Positions 1 to 9,352 of a stretch of 64,000 nt of DNA are shown in pieces. The notes beneath the pieces were generated by a model. That model saw only the letters and a list, made by a program, of their open reading frames with translations. It was not told where the DNA came from and made no database searches. The DNA comes from a bacterium (GTDB lineage: Bacteria > Omnitrophota > Gorgyraeia > Zapsychrales > Zapsychraceae). Within the stretch, counting starts at the first letter, position 1; each line of letters opens with the position of its first letter. The translations under genes were made by a program, and so were the position numbers. The DNA lies in contig JAUIER010000003.1 in the NCBI GenBank assembly GCA_030429765.1, forward strand, positions 80,402-144,401. The letters run 5' to 3'.

Positions 1-474
1 CTGATCCGTCAGGTATCCGAAGCGGCCCAGGGACTGAATGCCGAAGTTTTTGTCACCACGTCGAGACGGACGCCACCGGCCATTGATCAATATCTCTTCC
101 GAAAGGTCAAGAAGGATCCAAGGTTTCCGTTGCTGATTCTGCCGAACCGTGAAGATGTACCCGAGGCCGTCGGCGGCATATTAGGACTGTGTGATATCCT
201 TATCGTGTCGGGCGACAGCATTTCGATGGTCTCGGAAGCGGCGAGTTCGGGAAAGAAGACTATCGTGTTTTTACCTAAGTTCCGTGATCCGTCCAGCCGA
301 AAATCATCCAAGCATTTCAAATTTGTAGAAGGACTGAACAAGCAAGGTTTTATCTTGTCCTCACGGACCAAGGACATCGGACAGGCCATCTTTGATATTG
401 CCAAGCAAAAGATCCACACACGTCCGCTCGATGAAAGTCCGCCCATTCTTGAATCCTTAAGAAAACTGATTTAA
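1..474 (+). CDS. ELM1/DUF1022-family protein, C-terminal part (5' end lies outside the window)
   Basis: Frame +1 is open from nt 1 (LIRQVSEAAQGLNAEVFVTTSRRTPP...) and runs into track ORF 130-474, whose listed start is a TTG. The motifs VTTSRRTP and GDSISMVSEA match my recollection of the DUF1022/ELM1 family that accompanies LPS core genes. Confidence 0.55.
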   Translation: MIRQVSEAAQGLNAEVFVTTSRRTPPAIDQYLFRKVKKDPRFPLLILPNREDVPEAVGGILGLCDILIVSGDSISMVSEAASSGKKTIVFLPKFRDPSSRKSSKHFKFVEGLNKQGFILSSRTKDIGQAIFDIAKQKIHTRPLDESPPILESLRKLI

Positions 475-489
475 TCAGGAGAGAAGTGC

Positions 490-2583
490 ATGCGCGTTCT
501 ACAGATTTTACCCGAGCTCAATGTCGGGGGTGTAGAAACCGGAACCGTGGATTTTGCCGCCTACCTGGTTAACCACGGACACAAATCAGTGGTGATCTCT
601 AACGGCGGATCGATGGTTGAACGCCTGGAGGCGGAAGGATCCCGGCACTATCAGCTGCCAGTTCATCGCAAATCTTTTTTTACGGTCAGAAAAATGATCC
701 GGGCGGTCCGTGAGATTATCCGTCAGGAAAAGATTCAGATCGTACATGCCCGTTCGCGTATTCCGGCCTGGATCGCGTATTTTGCCTGCCGCAGCACGCG
801 AGCTTCCTTTATCACGACATGTCATGGATTTTATAGCAAGCCGATCTACAGTCAGGTGATGGGATGGCCCAAGCTGATCATTGTCCCGAGTGAGGTGATT
901 GCCCGGCATATGATCGAGACGTATAAAGTGTCGGCGGATCGTATTCGATGCATTCCGCGCAGTGTTGATCTCGAACGTTTCAAGGCGCCGCGTCGCCCGG
1001 AACGAAAGGACGGCAGCTGCACGATTGCGATTGTGGGGAGGATCACGGCCTTAAAAGGCCACACGTATTTTCTGCAGGCCATGGCCAAGGTTGTGCGGCA
1101 TATTCCTTATGCAAAGATATGGATTATCGGGGATGCGCCGAAAAAGAAATTGGCGTATCGAGAAGAATTGGAAACGCTGGTGAAACGATTGGGGTTGAGC
1201 CAGAATGTCGAGTTTTTGGGAAATCAACAGGATGTGCCGGGTTGTTTGAAGAAGGTTGATGTCCTGTGTTTCTCATCAACAGAGCCGGAATCATTCGGAC
1301 GCGCGATTGTCGAGGCGCAGGCGATGCGTGTTCCCGTTGTGGCCACGAGTGTGGGAGGCGTGGTGGATATTATTGAAGACGGACGAACCGGTTTTTTGGT
1401 GTTGCCCAAGGACCCGGACGCCATGGCGGACCGTGTGCTGAAGCTGGTGAACGATAAGGCGTTGGTCAAAAAGATGACCTCGGCGGCGCTCAAGAAGGTT
1501 CGGGAAAAGTATACCGTTGAACAGATGTCGGAGAGCACCCTGGCCGTCTACAAGGAGCTGCGGCGTTCATTTAATATACTCGTCATCAAGATCAGTTCGA
1601 TAGGTGATGTTGTCCTGGTGACGGCCTCCTTGAAGGCGCTCCGTGCAAAATTTCCTAAGTCGCCCATCAGTGTGTTTGTCGGACGGGAGTCCCGACGGAT
1701 ACTGGCCCAATGCCCGTATGTCGATGAAATAATTCCGTTCGATCACAAAGGCAAGCAAAAAGGATATCTGGAGCTGTGGCGGATGGGAAAGAAACTGCGC
1801 CGCATGCATTTCGACAAGGTTGTCGATTTTCAGAACAATCGAAAAAGTCATTTGCTGAGTTTTCTGACCATGGCCCCAGAAGCCTATGGATTTGACAATA
1901 AGAAATGGTCCCGGCTGCTGACCAATCCATTGAAGGATTATCGCAACGATATCCCGGCCGTGGAACATCAGTTTCAAATACTCAAGCGGTTGGGAATTGA
2001 ATATGATGACGATGTCCGGCTTGAACTGTGGCCGACAAAGACAGACGATGAGCATGTGCAGAAATTATTGGACCAGGAGTGGCTGGGCAACGCCAAGCAA
2101 ATCGTGGGGATAAATGTGTCGGCTTCCGAAAAATGGCCGAGTAAAAACTGGCCGGTTGAACACATTGTTGAGCTGTGTGACCGATTGGGGGCAGAGAATA
2201 TCAGAGTGGTGCTAACAGGTATGAAAAAGGATCGCGAAGTGGCCAAGGCGGTAAACACCAAGGCCAAGTCACGCCCGGCGAATCTCGCCGGACAGACGGA
2301 TATGATGCAGCTCGCGGCCCTGGTCCGTCGCTGTAATGTCTTTGTCACGCCGGATTCCGCGCCGCTGCATGTCTCGGCGGCCGTGGAGACACCTGTTGTG
2401 GCCTTATTCGGTCCGACTGATTCTGCACGTCATGTGCCGCCGGCCGATCAAATCAAGGTGTTGGAGACGCGTCCGGAATGCGCGCCATGCTACAGCGGGC
2501 AATGCCGTGTGAAAACGCATGTCTGCATGAAAGAAATCACCGTCGACGATGTCTATCGTGAGATTAAAAAATTAATGGCCTGA
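490..2583 (+). CDS. Fusion protein: GT4 glycosyltransferase (N-terminal half) plus GT9 heptosyltransferase-like domain (C-terminal half)
   Basis: 697 aa, ATG start behind AGGAGA. The N-terminal ~355 aa are GT-B/GT4-like (LQILPELNVGGVETG, EPESFGRAIVEAQAMRVPVVAT, GRTGFLV). The C-terminal ~335 aa are GT9-like (ILVIKISSIGDVVLVT, VTPDSAPLHVSAA, ALFGPT). Confidence 0.8.
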   Translation: MRVLQILPELNVGGVETGTVDFAAYLVNHGHKSVVISNGGSMVERLEAEGSRHYQLPVHRKSFFTVRKMIRAVREIIRQEKIQIVHARSRIPAWIAYFACRSTRASFITTCHGFYSKPIYSQVMGWPKLIIVPSEVIARHMIETYKVSADRIRCIPRSVDLERFKAPRRPERKDGSCTIAIVGRITALKGHTYFLQAMAKVVRHIPYAKIWIIGDAPKKKLAYREELETLVKRLGLSQNVEFLGNQQDVPGCLKKVDVLCFSSTEPESFGRAIVEAQAMRVPVVATSVGGVVDIIEDGRTGFLVLPKDPDAMADRVLKLVNDKALVKKMTSAALKKVREKYTVEQMSESTLAVYKELRRSFNILVIKISSIGDVVLVTASLKALRAKFPKSPISVFVGRESRRILAQCPYVDEIIPFDHKGKQKGYLELWRMGKKLRRMHFDKVVDFQNNRKSHLLSFLTMAPEAYGFDNKKWSRLLTNPLKDYRNDIPAVEHQFQILKRLGIEYDDDVRLELWPTKTDDEHVQKLLDQEWLGNAKQIVGINVSASEKWPSKNWPVEHIVELCDRLGAENIRVVLTGMKKDREVAKAVNTKAKSRPANLAGQTDMMQLAALVRRCNVFVTPDSAPLHVSAAVETPVVALFGPTDSARHVPPADQIKVLETRPECAPCYSGQCRVKTHVCMKEITVDDVYREIKKLMA

Positions 2584-2584
2584 T

Positions 2585-3679
2585 ATGAAGATATTGATAC
2601 TATCCACACACGTCAATACCGGCGGTATCACCAGTTATTTACTGACATTGTGCCAGGGCCTAATCAGGCAAGGGCATCAAATCTGGCTTGTGTCGAGCGG
2701 CGGCGATTGCGAGTCACGGTTTACGTCGATGGGGGTGACGATGATCCAGATGGATATTCGGACCAAGTCGGACTTGAGTCCAAAGATTTACGCGGCGGCT
2801 CCTAGGATTCGTCAATTGGTTGTCGATAACGGTATCGACATTCTCCACGCGCAGACGCGTGTCACCCAGGTGCTGGCGCGGCTGGTTCAGCGCTCAACGC
2901 AATGTGTGTATGTAGCCACCTGTCATGGATATTTCAAACGCCGCCTGAATCGACGCATCGCACCGTGCTGGGGTGATATGACCATCGCGATCAGCACCGC
3001 CGTGTATGAACATTTACTGGATGATTTTGAACTGGTCAGCGAACGTGTGTGCCTGATCGAGAATGGTATTGACACCGAGTATTATGCGCCGCTCTGTGAT
3101 GAACGCAAATCTCAGCAACGTCAGGCACTGGGACTTGATAACAGGAGGGTCGTCGGGACAATCGCGCGCCTCTCGGATGTCAAAGGGATCGATATTTTGA
3201 TCGAAGCCATGCCGCAGATTATGGATGCCGTTCCGGATGTGCATTGTGCCATCTTTGGACAAGGCAAAGAAGACGCCCCGCTTAAGGCGCTATGCCGTTC
3301 CCGGGGATTAGAGGACCGGATCACATTTTTTGACACGGTCAATGATACGGTGCAGTCTATGGGCGCGATCGATGTGTTTGTCATGCCCTCCCGACAGGAA
3401 GGATTAGGGTTGTCGGTGATGGAGGCACAATCCTGCGGTTGTCCGGTGGTGGCGACCAATGTCGGAGGTCTGCCGAGCCTTGTGATCGACGGACAAACAG
3501 GATTGCTTATTGAACCCGAGAGTCCGGAGGCGGTGGCGAATGCCGTGATCAAGCTGTTTAAAGATGACGATCTGTCCCAACGTCTCAGCGATAACGGACG
3601 GGATTTTATCCAAGCCAAATTTTCGGCCCGAGGGATGGTCGATAAAACGGCCGACTTGTATGCGAGGCTTTGCGCGTAA
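2585..3679 (+). CDS. GT4-family glycosyltransferase
   Basis: 364 aa. KILILSTHVNTGGITSY, EGLGLSVMEAQSCGCPVVATNVGG and GQTGLL form the GT-B/GT4 pattern. The start lies 1 nt after the upstream stop. Confidence 0.8.
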   Translation: MKILILSTHVNTGGITSYLLTLCQGLIRQGHQIWLVSSGGDCESRFTSMGVTMIQMDIRTKSDLSPKIYAAAPRIRQLVVDNGIDILHAQTRVTQVLARLVQRSTQCVYVATCHGYFKRRLNRRIAPCWGDMTIAISTAVYEHLLDDFELVSERVCLIENGIDTEYYAPLCDERKSQQRQALGLDNRRVVGTIARLSDVKGIDILIEAMPQIMDAVPDVHCAIFGQGKEDAPLKALCRSRGLEDRITFFDTVNDTVQSMGAIDVFVMPSRQEGLGLSVMEAQSCGCPVVATNVGGLPSLVIDGQTGLLIEPESPEAVANAVIKLFKDDDLSQRLSDNGRDFIQAKFSARGMVDKTADLYARLCA

Positions 3680-3680
3680 C

Positions 3681-4703
3681 ATGAAAAATCTACTGGTGGT
3701 GAATGTTAACTGGTTAGGGGATGTGATTTTTTCCTCGCCTGTCTTTCGAGCGTTAAGAAAGTCATACCCTGACGCGCGAATCAGTTGTCTGGCCGTGCCG
3801 CGTGTGCGTGAGATCCTCGAATCCATTCAGGAGATTGATGACATCATCATCTATGACGAGGATGGACGTGACCGCAATCTGCTGTCCAAGTTTAGAATGG
3901 TGGGACGGCTGCGTCGGGAAAATTTTGATGCTGTCTTTTTACTATCGAAATCACGTTCACGCGCGTCGATGATGAAGTTGGCCGGCATTCCGGTCCGCGT
4001 GGGGTATGAAAATAAGAATCGAGGTCGCCTGTTGTCACATATTGCCGCGGGAGATGTGAACAGCATGCATCGAAGTGATTATTATCTAGGCGTTATTGAA
4101 GCGTTTGGTGTGGCTGTGGAAGATCGGAGCACCATCCTTGAAGCACGGGAGGAAGATTGTCACACAGTTCAACAAATGCTTAGCGATCAAGGACGTGATC
4201 CGTCGAAAAAATTGATTGCTCTCAACCCGGGGGGGAATTGGGATCTGAAGCGATGGCCGGCCGAAAATTTTGCGCGGCTCGCGGAACGTTTGAGTACCGA
4301 CAAGGAATTACAATTGGTCTTTACCGGCGCGGATAAAGATCGACCGCTGGTGGAGGATATTTTTCGGACAGCTAGTTTCGAAAGTAAGCCGATCAAACTA
4401 ACCGGACAGATGACTTTAAAGCAGCTGACGGCCTTGATGACATGTCTGGATGTCTTTGTCACCGCAGACTCAGGGCCGCTTCACATGGCCACAAGCGTTG
4501 GGTGCCCGACCGTGAGCGTCTTTGGGCCGACACGTCCGGAAATCACTGGTCCTCGCGGCACGGGACAAAATGTCACACTTCAGAAGGATGTCGGGTGCAA
4601 TCGCCGGGCCTGTTATCACTTGGAATGCCGAAACAATATCTGCATGCAGGCCGTAACCGTTGAGAACGTATATGAAGCCATTAAATCCATCCAGGATTCG
4701 TAG
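3681..4703 (+). CDS. GT9-family glycosyltransferase (ADP-heptose:LPS heptosyltransferase-like)
   Basis: Track ORF 3564-4703 was trimmed to ATG 3681, just after the upstream stop. GT9 hallmarks are LLVVNVNWLGDVIFSSP, VTADSGPLHMA and SVFGPT. Confidence 0.75.
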   Translation: MKNLLVVNVNWLGDVIFSSPVFRALRKSYPDARISCLAVPRVREILESIQEIDDIIIYDEDGRDRNLLSKFRMVGRLRRENFDAVFLLSKSRSRASMMKLAGIPVRVGYENKNRGRLLSHIAAGDVNSMHRSDYYLGVIEAFGVAVEDRSTILEAREEDCHTVQQMLSDQGRDPSKKLIALNPGGNWDLKRWPAENFARLAERLSTDKELQLVFTGADKDRPLVEDIFRTASFESKPIKLTGQMTLKQLTALMTCLDVFVTADSGPLHMATSVGCPTVSVFGPTRPEITGPRGTGQNVTLQKDVGCNRRACYHLECRNNICMQAVTVENVYEAIKSIQDS

Positions 4704-5664
4704 AATTCTGATTATTTCATTGTCGAATATCGGTGATGTGATCTTGACGCTGCCGGTTGCTGATATATTACGCCGTGATTTCCCGGACGCGAAAATCTCG
4801 ATTGTCGTCGGGCCCAAGGTGAAGTCGTTGTTTAAGAATACGCAGGCCTTTGAACATGTGATCCCCTACAATAAACATCAATCTGTCGGCGAGAAGTTTA
4901 AGTGGATCATGAAACTGCGCAAATACCGATTTGATCTGGTGGTGGACTTGAGAAACTCGGCGATTCCATTTTTACTGTCACCCAAATATCGAACGCCTGT
5001 GGATATTTCATCCAAAAAATCCATACATATGCGGCTCAAGCATCTGAAGCGATTACGAACAGTTCATCCATTTACCGATGATCGTGCGCAGCCCCAAAGT
5101 CTTTACGTCTCAGACGACGACCGGCAGTTTGTGGATGAGACGTTGGAAAAATATGTGGGAGCGTCCAAACCTTTCGTGGTGATGTCGCCTGGATCAGCCG
5201 ATCAGGCCAAGCGCTGGTCCAAGAAGGGATTCGCCGAGGTTGCTGAATTCCTGACGCAGGAACACGGATTAAAAACCGTCTTCGTCGGTGATCGGGAGGA
5301 TCGGCAGGTTGTGCAGGCGATACGCAAACTTATGGACAGCGAACCGGTGGATTTATGCGGCCGCACGACGCTGATTCAAACAGCCGAGATTGTCCGTCGC
5401 AGCCGGATGGCTTTGGTCAACGATAGCGCTGTGCAACATTTGGCCAGTTATCTGGATGTGCCGGTGTTGGCCATTTTTGGCTATACCGATCCGCTCAAGT
5501 ATGGACCGTGGGGAACCCGCGGCGGATATCTGCAACCCCATGGCGTGGCCGGCAAAACTGAAGGGACGACCGAGGAGCGCGTGGCCTTAATCGAGAGTGT
5601 TCGGCCGGCGGATGTGATCCGCTGCATACAAATGCGCGAATCGGGTGTCAGGTTTTTGTTATGA
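4672..5664 (+). CDS. GT9-family glycosyltransferase (heptosyltransferase-like)
   Basis: The track start 4660 is a TTG and the first ATG is at 4672. Motifs: ILIISLSNIGDVILTLP, LVNDSAVQHLA, AIFGYT. Confidence 0.7.
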   Translation: MKPLNPSRIRRILIISLSNIGDVILTLPVADILRRDFPDAKISIVVGPKVKSLFKNTQAFEHVIPYNKHQSVGEKFKWIMKLRKYRFDLVVDLRNSAIPFLLSPKYRTPVDISSKKSIHMRLKHLKRLRTVHPFTDDRAQPQSLYVSDDDRQFVDETLEKYVGASKPFVVMSPGSADQAKRWSKKGFAEVAEFLTQEHGLKTVFVGDREDRQVVQAIRKLMDSEPVDLCGRTTLIQTAEIVRRSRMALVNDSAVQHLASYLDVPVLAIFGYTDPLKYGPWGTRGGYLQPHGVAGKTEGTTEERVALIESVRPADVIRCIQMRESGVRFLL

Positions 5665-6707
5665 CGCAGACGTTCAAGAATATTTTAATCATCCGGACGG
5701 ATCGTATCGGAGATGTGGTCCTGACAACACCATCGATCAAGGCGGTGCGAAAGGCCTATCCCGACGCTCGACTGTGTGTTCTGCTGGCACCTTTAACCTA
5801 TGATCTGCTAAACGGGATTGGTTTTGTCGACCGGCTATTCGTCGATGATCGACGGGGAGAGCACGCGGGAAATCTAGGTTTTTTCAAATTGGTCCGAAAA
5901 ATTCGACGGGAACGATTTGACCTGGTGATTAATTATCACACCAAGAAGCGTACAAATTTGATGGCGTTTCTGGCGGGCGTTCCGTACCGGTTGGGTTATC
6001 GCAACAACAAATGGGGCTTTTTATTGAATCATCCCGTCGAAGATTATCGTCATGAAGGTTTAAAGCACGAGGCCGCCTACTGTTTAGACCTGCTTAATGA
6101 GATCGGCATCAGCGATGCTGAATTAACTCCCGAAATCGCCTTGCTCGACGAATCCGTGGCCTGGGTCGATGATTTTCTGGGGCTTAACCAGATTGACGCG
6201 GGGGACAAGCTGATCGTGATTCATCCGTCGGCCAGCGATCCGGCCAAACAGTGGCCCGCCGAAAATTTTGTTGAACTGATCAACACCCTGGGAACGCGCA
6301 ACGCCGAACTCAAATTTGCCGTGATTGGAACGGCGGCCAATAGATCGCTGGCTGCTTCGATCGTCAAAGGCACCCGGCCGAAGGTGCTCGACACCACGGG
6401 TCTGCTGTCACTTAGCCAGATGGTCGCGCTCCTCAAGCGGGCCGATCTGCTGATATCCAATGATTCAGGGCCGGTTCATGTGGCCGCCGCCCTTCAAACA
6501 CCGGTGATATCCATCTTTACCCGGAATCAACCCGGGATCAATCCCACACGTTGGCAACCGCTTGGAGAGAGGTCGGCGTACGTAAGTGTTGATGCCGATC
6601 ACTCCAAATCCTTCAAAAAAGCCCAGAATTACGACCCAAAATCCATGCAACCGATTGCCGTTCAGACGGTTTTGCAAGCAGTTGACGCCCTTTGTAAACT
6701 ATGCTAG
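5661..6707 (+). CDS. GT9-family glycosyltransferase (heptosyltransferase-like)
   Basis: 348 aa with an ATGA overlap on the upstream stop. Motifs: ILIIRTDRIGDVVLTTP, ISNDSGPVHVAAA, SIFT. Confidence 0.75.
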   Translation: MTQTFKNILIIRTDRIGDVVLTTPSIKAVRKAYPDARLCVLLAPLTYDLLNGIGFVDRLFVDDRRGEHAGNLGFFKLVRKIRRERFDLVINYHTKKRTNLMAFLAGVPYRLGYRNNKWGFLLNHPVEDYRHEGLKHEAAYCLDLLNEIGISDAELTPEIALLDESVAWVDDFLGLNQIDAGDKLIVIHPSASDPAKQWPAENFVELINTLGTRNAELKFAVIGTAANRSLAASIVKGTRPKVLDTTGLLSLSQMVALLKRADLLISNDSGPVHVAAALQTPVISIFTRNQPGINPTRWQPLGERSAYVSVDADHSKSFKKAQNYDPKSMQPIAVQTVLQAVDALCKLC

Positions 6708-6769
6708 AATCGTTAGTTTCTTCATATCTAAATACCTAATTTTATTATAAATACTAGTAGCGCAAGCAG

Positions 6770-7798
6770 ATGAGCACCTTCAGGACAATTCTATCCAAGT
6801 TTAATCAGCAATCAATTCTCGTCGTTGGAGATTTAATCCTCGATCAGTACCTCCAGGGGTCGGTCAGCCGGATTTCGCCTGAGGCGCCGGTGCCGGTGGT
6901 TCTGCAGAAGAAGGCCTTCAACACTCCCGGCGGGGCGGCCAATGTGGCCAATAACCTGGCCGGACTCAAGGCCAAGGTCTCTATGCTCGGGATCGTGGGG
7001 GACGATGCCGAGGGGAAGTTGCTGGTCCAGTCCCTGAAGAAGAAAAAAATCCGTGTCCAGGCGATCTATACTGATTCCAATCGTCCAACCATCACCAAGA
7101 CGCGCGTGTTGGCTCAGAATCAGCAAATCGTGCGAATCGACAAAGAAGATATCGACAAGCCGATCCACAAAAACATCACCAAGAAATTGTTTGATTATCT
7201 GACTCGAAACATCGAGAAATTTGATGCGGTGATCCTGTCTGACTACGGCAAGGGACTGCTAACACCGGAATTGTCGCAGCATGCGGTCTCACTCGCGCTT
7301 AAGCATAAAAAAATTGTGACGGTTGATCCCAAGGTTGAGCATTTTGGTTACTATCGTCATGCGACGGCAATTACGCCGAACCTGGCCGAGACAGAGAATG
7401 CCATTCGCAGCATTAAAGTCACATCACCTCAACTATCCGCCAAGCTGGGCGTCGATTCGGATAAACTCAAAACTGATGAACAGATTGACCTGGCCGGCAA
7501 AGAGCTATTGAAATGTCTGGATCTTGATTCACTATTGGTTACATTGAGCGAACGCGGGATGCGGTTATTTGAACGCGGTAAAAAGCCGGTCTCCATCAAG
7601 ACCAAGGCCAAGGCCGTCTATGACGTGACCGGGGCGGGCGATGCGGTTATTTCAGTTTTTACATTGGCCATGGCCGCCGGGGCCACAAAACATCAGGCCG
7701 CCGATTTGTCGAATTTCGGCGCGGGTATCGTTGTTGGCAAGTTAGGGGCCGTCGCCCTCGAGAAGAAAGAACTGGCAGAGGCCGTTAAGGGACATTAG
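6770..7798 (+). CDS. hldA: D-glycero-beta-D-manno-heptose-7-phosphate kinase (RfaE domain I / HldA-type, PfkB fold)
   Basis: 342 aa. ILVVGDLILDQYLQGSVSRISPEAPVPVV and the C-terminal DVTGAGDAV motif are typical of the kinase half of HldE. No adenylyltransferase half is attached. Confidence 0.75.
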   Translation: MSTFRTILSKFNQQSILVVGDLILDQYLQGSVSRISPEAPVPVVLQKKAFNTPGGAANVANNLAGLKAKVSMLGIVGDDAEGKLLVQSLKKKKIRVQAIYTDSNRPTITKTRVLAQNQQIVRIDKEDIDKPIHKNITKKLFDYLTRNIEKFDAVILSDYGKGLLTPELSQHAVSLALKHKKIVTVDPKVEHFGYYRHATAITPNLAETENAIRSIKVTSPQLSAKLGVDSDKLKTDEQIDLAGKELLKCLDLDSLLVTLSERGMRLFERGKKPVSIKTKAKAVYDVTGAGDAVISVFTLAMAAGATKHQAADLSNFGAGIVVGKLGAVALEKKELAEAVKGH

Positions 7799-8530
7799 AT
7801 GCGCACGATTGCGGTAATACCGGCACGGTATCATTCCACCCGTTTTGAAGCCAAGGTTTTGGCGATCATCGACGGGAAACCGATGATTCAGCATGTGTAC
7901 GAACGGACGCGGCAATCCCAGCGCGTCGATGATGTGATCATTGCGTGTGATCATCCGGACGTTCAGCAAGCGGCCGAAGCGTTCGGCGCGCGAGCGGTGA
8001 TGACCGATCCCAACCATGCGTCGGGATCCGATCGAATTGCTGAAGCCGTGAAAAACATTTCGTGTGACGTGGTCGTCAATGTTCAGGGAGACGAACCGCT
8101 GATCCAGCCGCAAGTGATCGATGCATTGGTCGACGCGATGTCCGGCAAGGACAATCACGTGATGGCCACGGTGGTGACCGCGATCCGTGACGATGCCGAG
8201 ATTGATGATCCGAATGTGGTCAAAGCTGTTATCAATGCAAAAGGCGAGGCGCTCTATTTTTCGCGATCCCGTATTCCGTATCAACGGAATGCCGTGGGCC
8301 AGATATACTACAAACATTTAGGCATTTATGCCTACACCAGGGAATTTCTTTTAACGTACACACAAATGCCCAAGTCTAAACTGGAGCTCACCGAATCGCT
8401 CGAGCAGCTGCGGGTCTTGGATGCCGGATACCGAATCAAAACCATCGAGACGGACCAATCATCAATCGGCGTTGATTGTCCCGAAGATTTAGTCAAAGTT
8501 GAAGCCGCCATCAGGAAGCAGGAGTCATGA
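7799..8530 (+). CDS. kdsB: 3-deoxy-manno-octulosonate cytidylyltransferase (CMP-Kdo synthetase)
   Basis: 243 aa. Motifs: AVIPARYHSTRF, KPMIQHVYE, NVQGDEPL. The ATG directly follows the upstream TAG. Confidence 0.9.
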   Translation: MRTIAVIPARYHSTRFEAKVLAIIDGKPMIQHVYERTRQSQRVDDVIIACDHPDVQQAAEAFGARAVMTDPNHASGSDRIAEAVKNISCDVVVNVQGDEPLIQPQVIDALVDAMSGKDNHVMATVVTAIRDDAEIDDPNVVKAVINAKGEALYFSRSRIPYQRNAVGQIYYKHLGIYAYTREFLLTYTQMPKSKLELTESLEQLRVLDAGYRIKTIETDQSSIGVDCPEDLVKVEAAIRKQES

Positions 8531-9348
8531 CCAAACAGATCCAAATCCATAACGTCAAAATCGGACGTCGCAATCCATTTGTTTTAATCGCCGGACCATG
8601 TGTTATCGAGGGCCGGCAAATCACCATGAAGATCGCCGGTCGTCTGAAGAAGATCACCAGCAAACTGGGAATTCCGCTGGTCTTCAAGGCCAGTTATGAC
8701 AAAGCCAATCGTACATCGATCAATTCGCATCGCGGTCCCGGGATCAGTGAGGGGTTGGACATCCTAGCCGAGATCAAGGCTAAGTATGATGTCCCGATCG
8801 TGAGTGATGTGCATAACATCGGGGAGATCGATCAGGCCGCGAAGGTGCTGGATATCCTGCAGATTCCGGCCTTTCTGTGCCGGCAGACCGATCTGCTTGT
8901 ATGCGCGGGCAGCACCGGACGTGTCGTGAATATCAAAAAAGGACAGTTTGTGGCCCCGGAAAATATGAACCAGGCCGTGTCCAAAGTCGAGAGCACCGGC
9001 AACAAAAAGATAATGCTCACCGAACGCGGTGTGAGTTTCGGGTACAATGCGCTGGTCACCGATTTTCGGTCGATACCGATCATGCAGGAATTCGGCTATC
9101 CGGTGATCCTGGACGCGTCCCACAGTGTTCAGCAGCCCGGCGGATTGGGCAATGCGTCCGGCGGACGAAGTGAGTTCATTCCGATGTTTGCCCGATGCGG
9201 GGTCGCCGCGGGATGTGACGGGATATTTATGGAAGTGCACTCAGATCCATCCCAAGCCTTGTCGGATGGTCCCAATATGCTTCCACTTAACAAACTCGAA
9301 AAATTACTGGTCCAGCTCAAGGCGCTGGATCAAATCGTGAAAAAGTAA
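8527..9348 (+). CDS. kdsA: 2-dehydro-3-deoxyphosphooctonate aldolase (Kdo-8-P synthase)
   Basis: 273 aa. Motifs: LIAGPCVIE, FKASYDKANRTS, DASHSVQQPGG. ATGA overlap with kdsB. Confidence 0.9.
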   Translation: MTKQIQIHNVKIGRRNPFVLIAGPCVIEGRQITMKIAGRLKKITSKLGIPLVFKASYDKANRTSINSHRGPGISEGLDILAEIKAKYDVPIVSDVHNIGEIDQAAKVLDILQIPAFLCRQTDLLVCAGSTGRVVNIKKGQFVAPENMNQAVSKVESTGNKKIMLTERGVSFGYNALVTDFRSIPIMQEFGYPVILDASHSVQQPGGLGNASGGRSEFIPMFARCGVAAGCDGIFMEVHSDPSQALSDGPNMLPLNKLEKLLVQLKALDQIVKK

Positions 9349-9352
9349 ACAG

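Noticed and set aside
87-446. Minus-strand ORF 87-446 (119 aa) at the left edge.
   Set aside because: It is antisense to the + strand ELM1/DUF1022-like reading frame, which is open from nt 1 and carries recognisable motifs. The minus-strand product has none.
3564-3680. N-terminal extensions implied by the track starts at 3564, 4660, 10623, 17453, 19931, 21460, 26508, 46941, 49094 and 50388.
   Set aside because: The track shows TTG/GTG starts as M and always takes the longest ORF. The extensions overlap the upstream gene, lack family similarity, or (19931) contain a terminator. Conserved N-termini begin at the internal ATGs I used.
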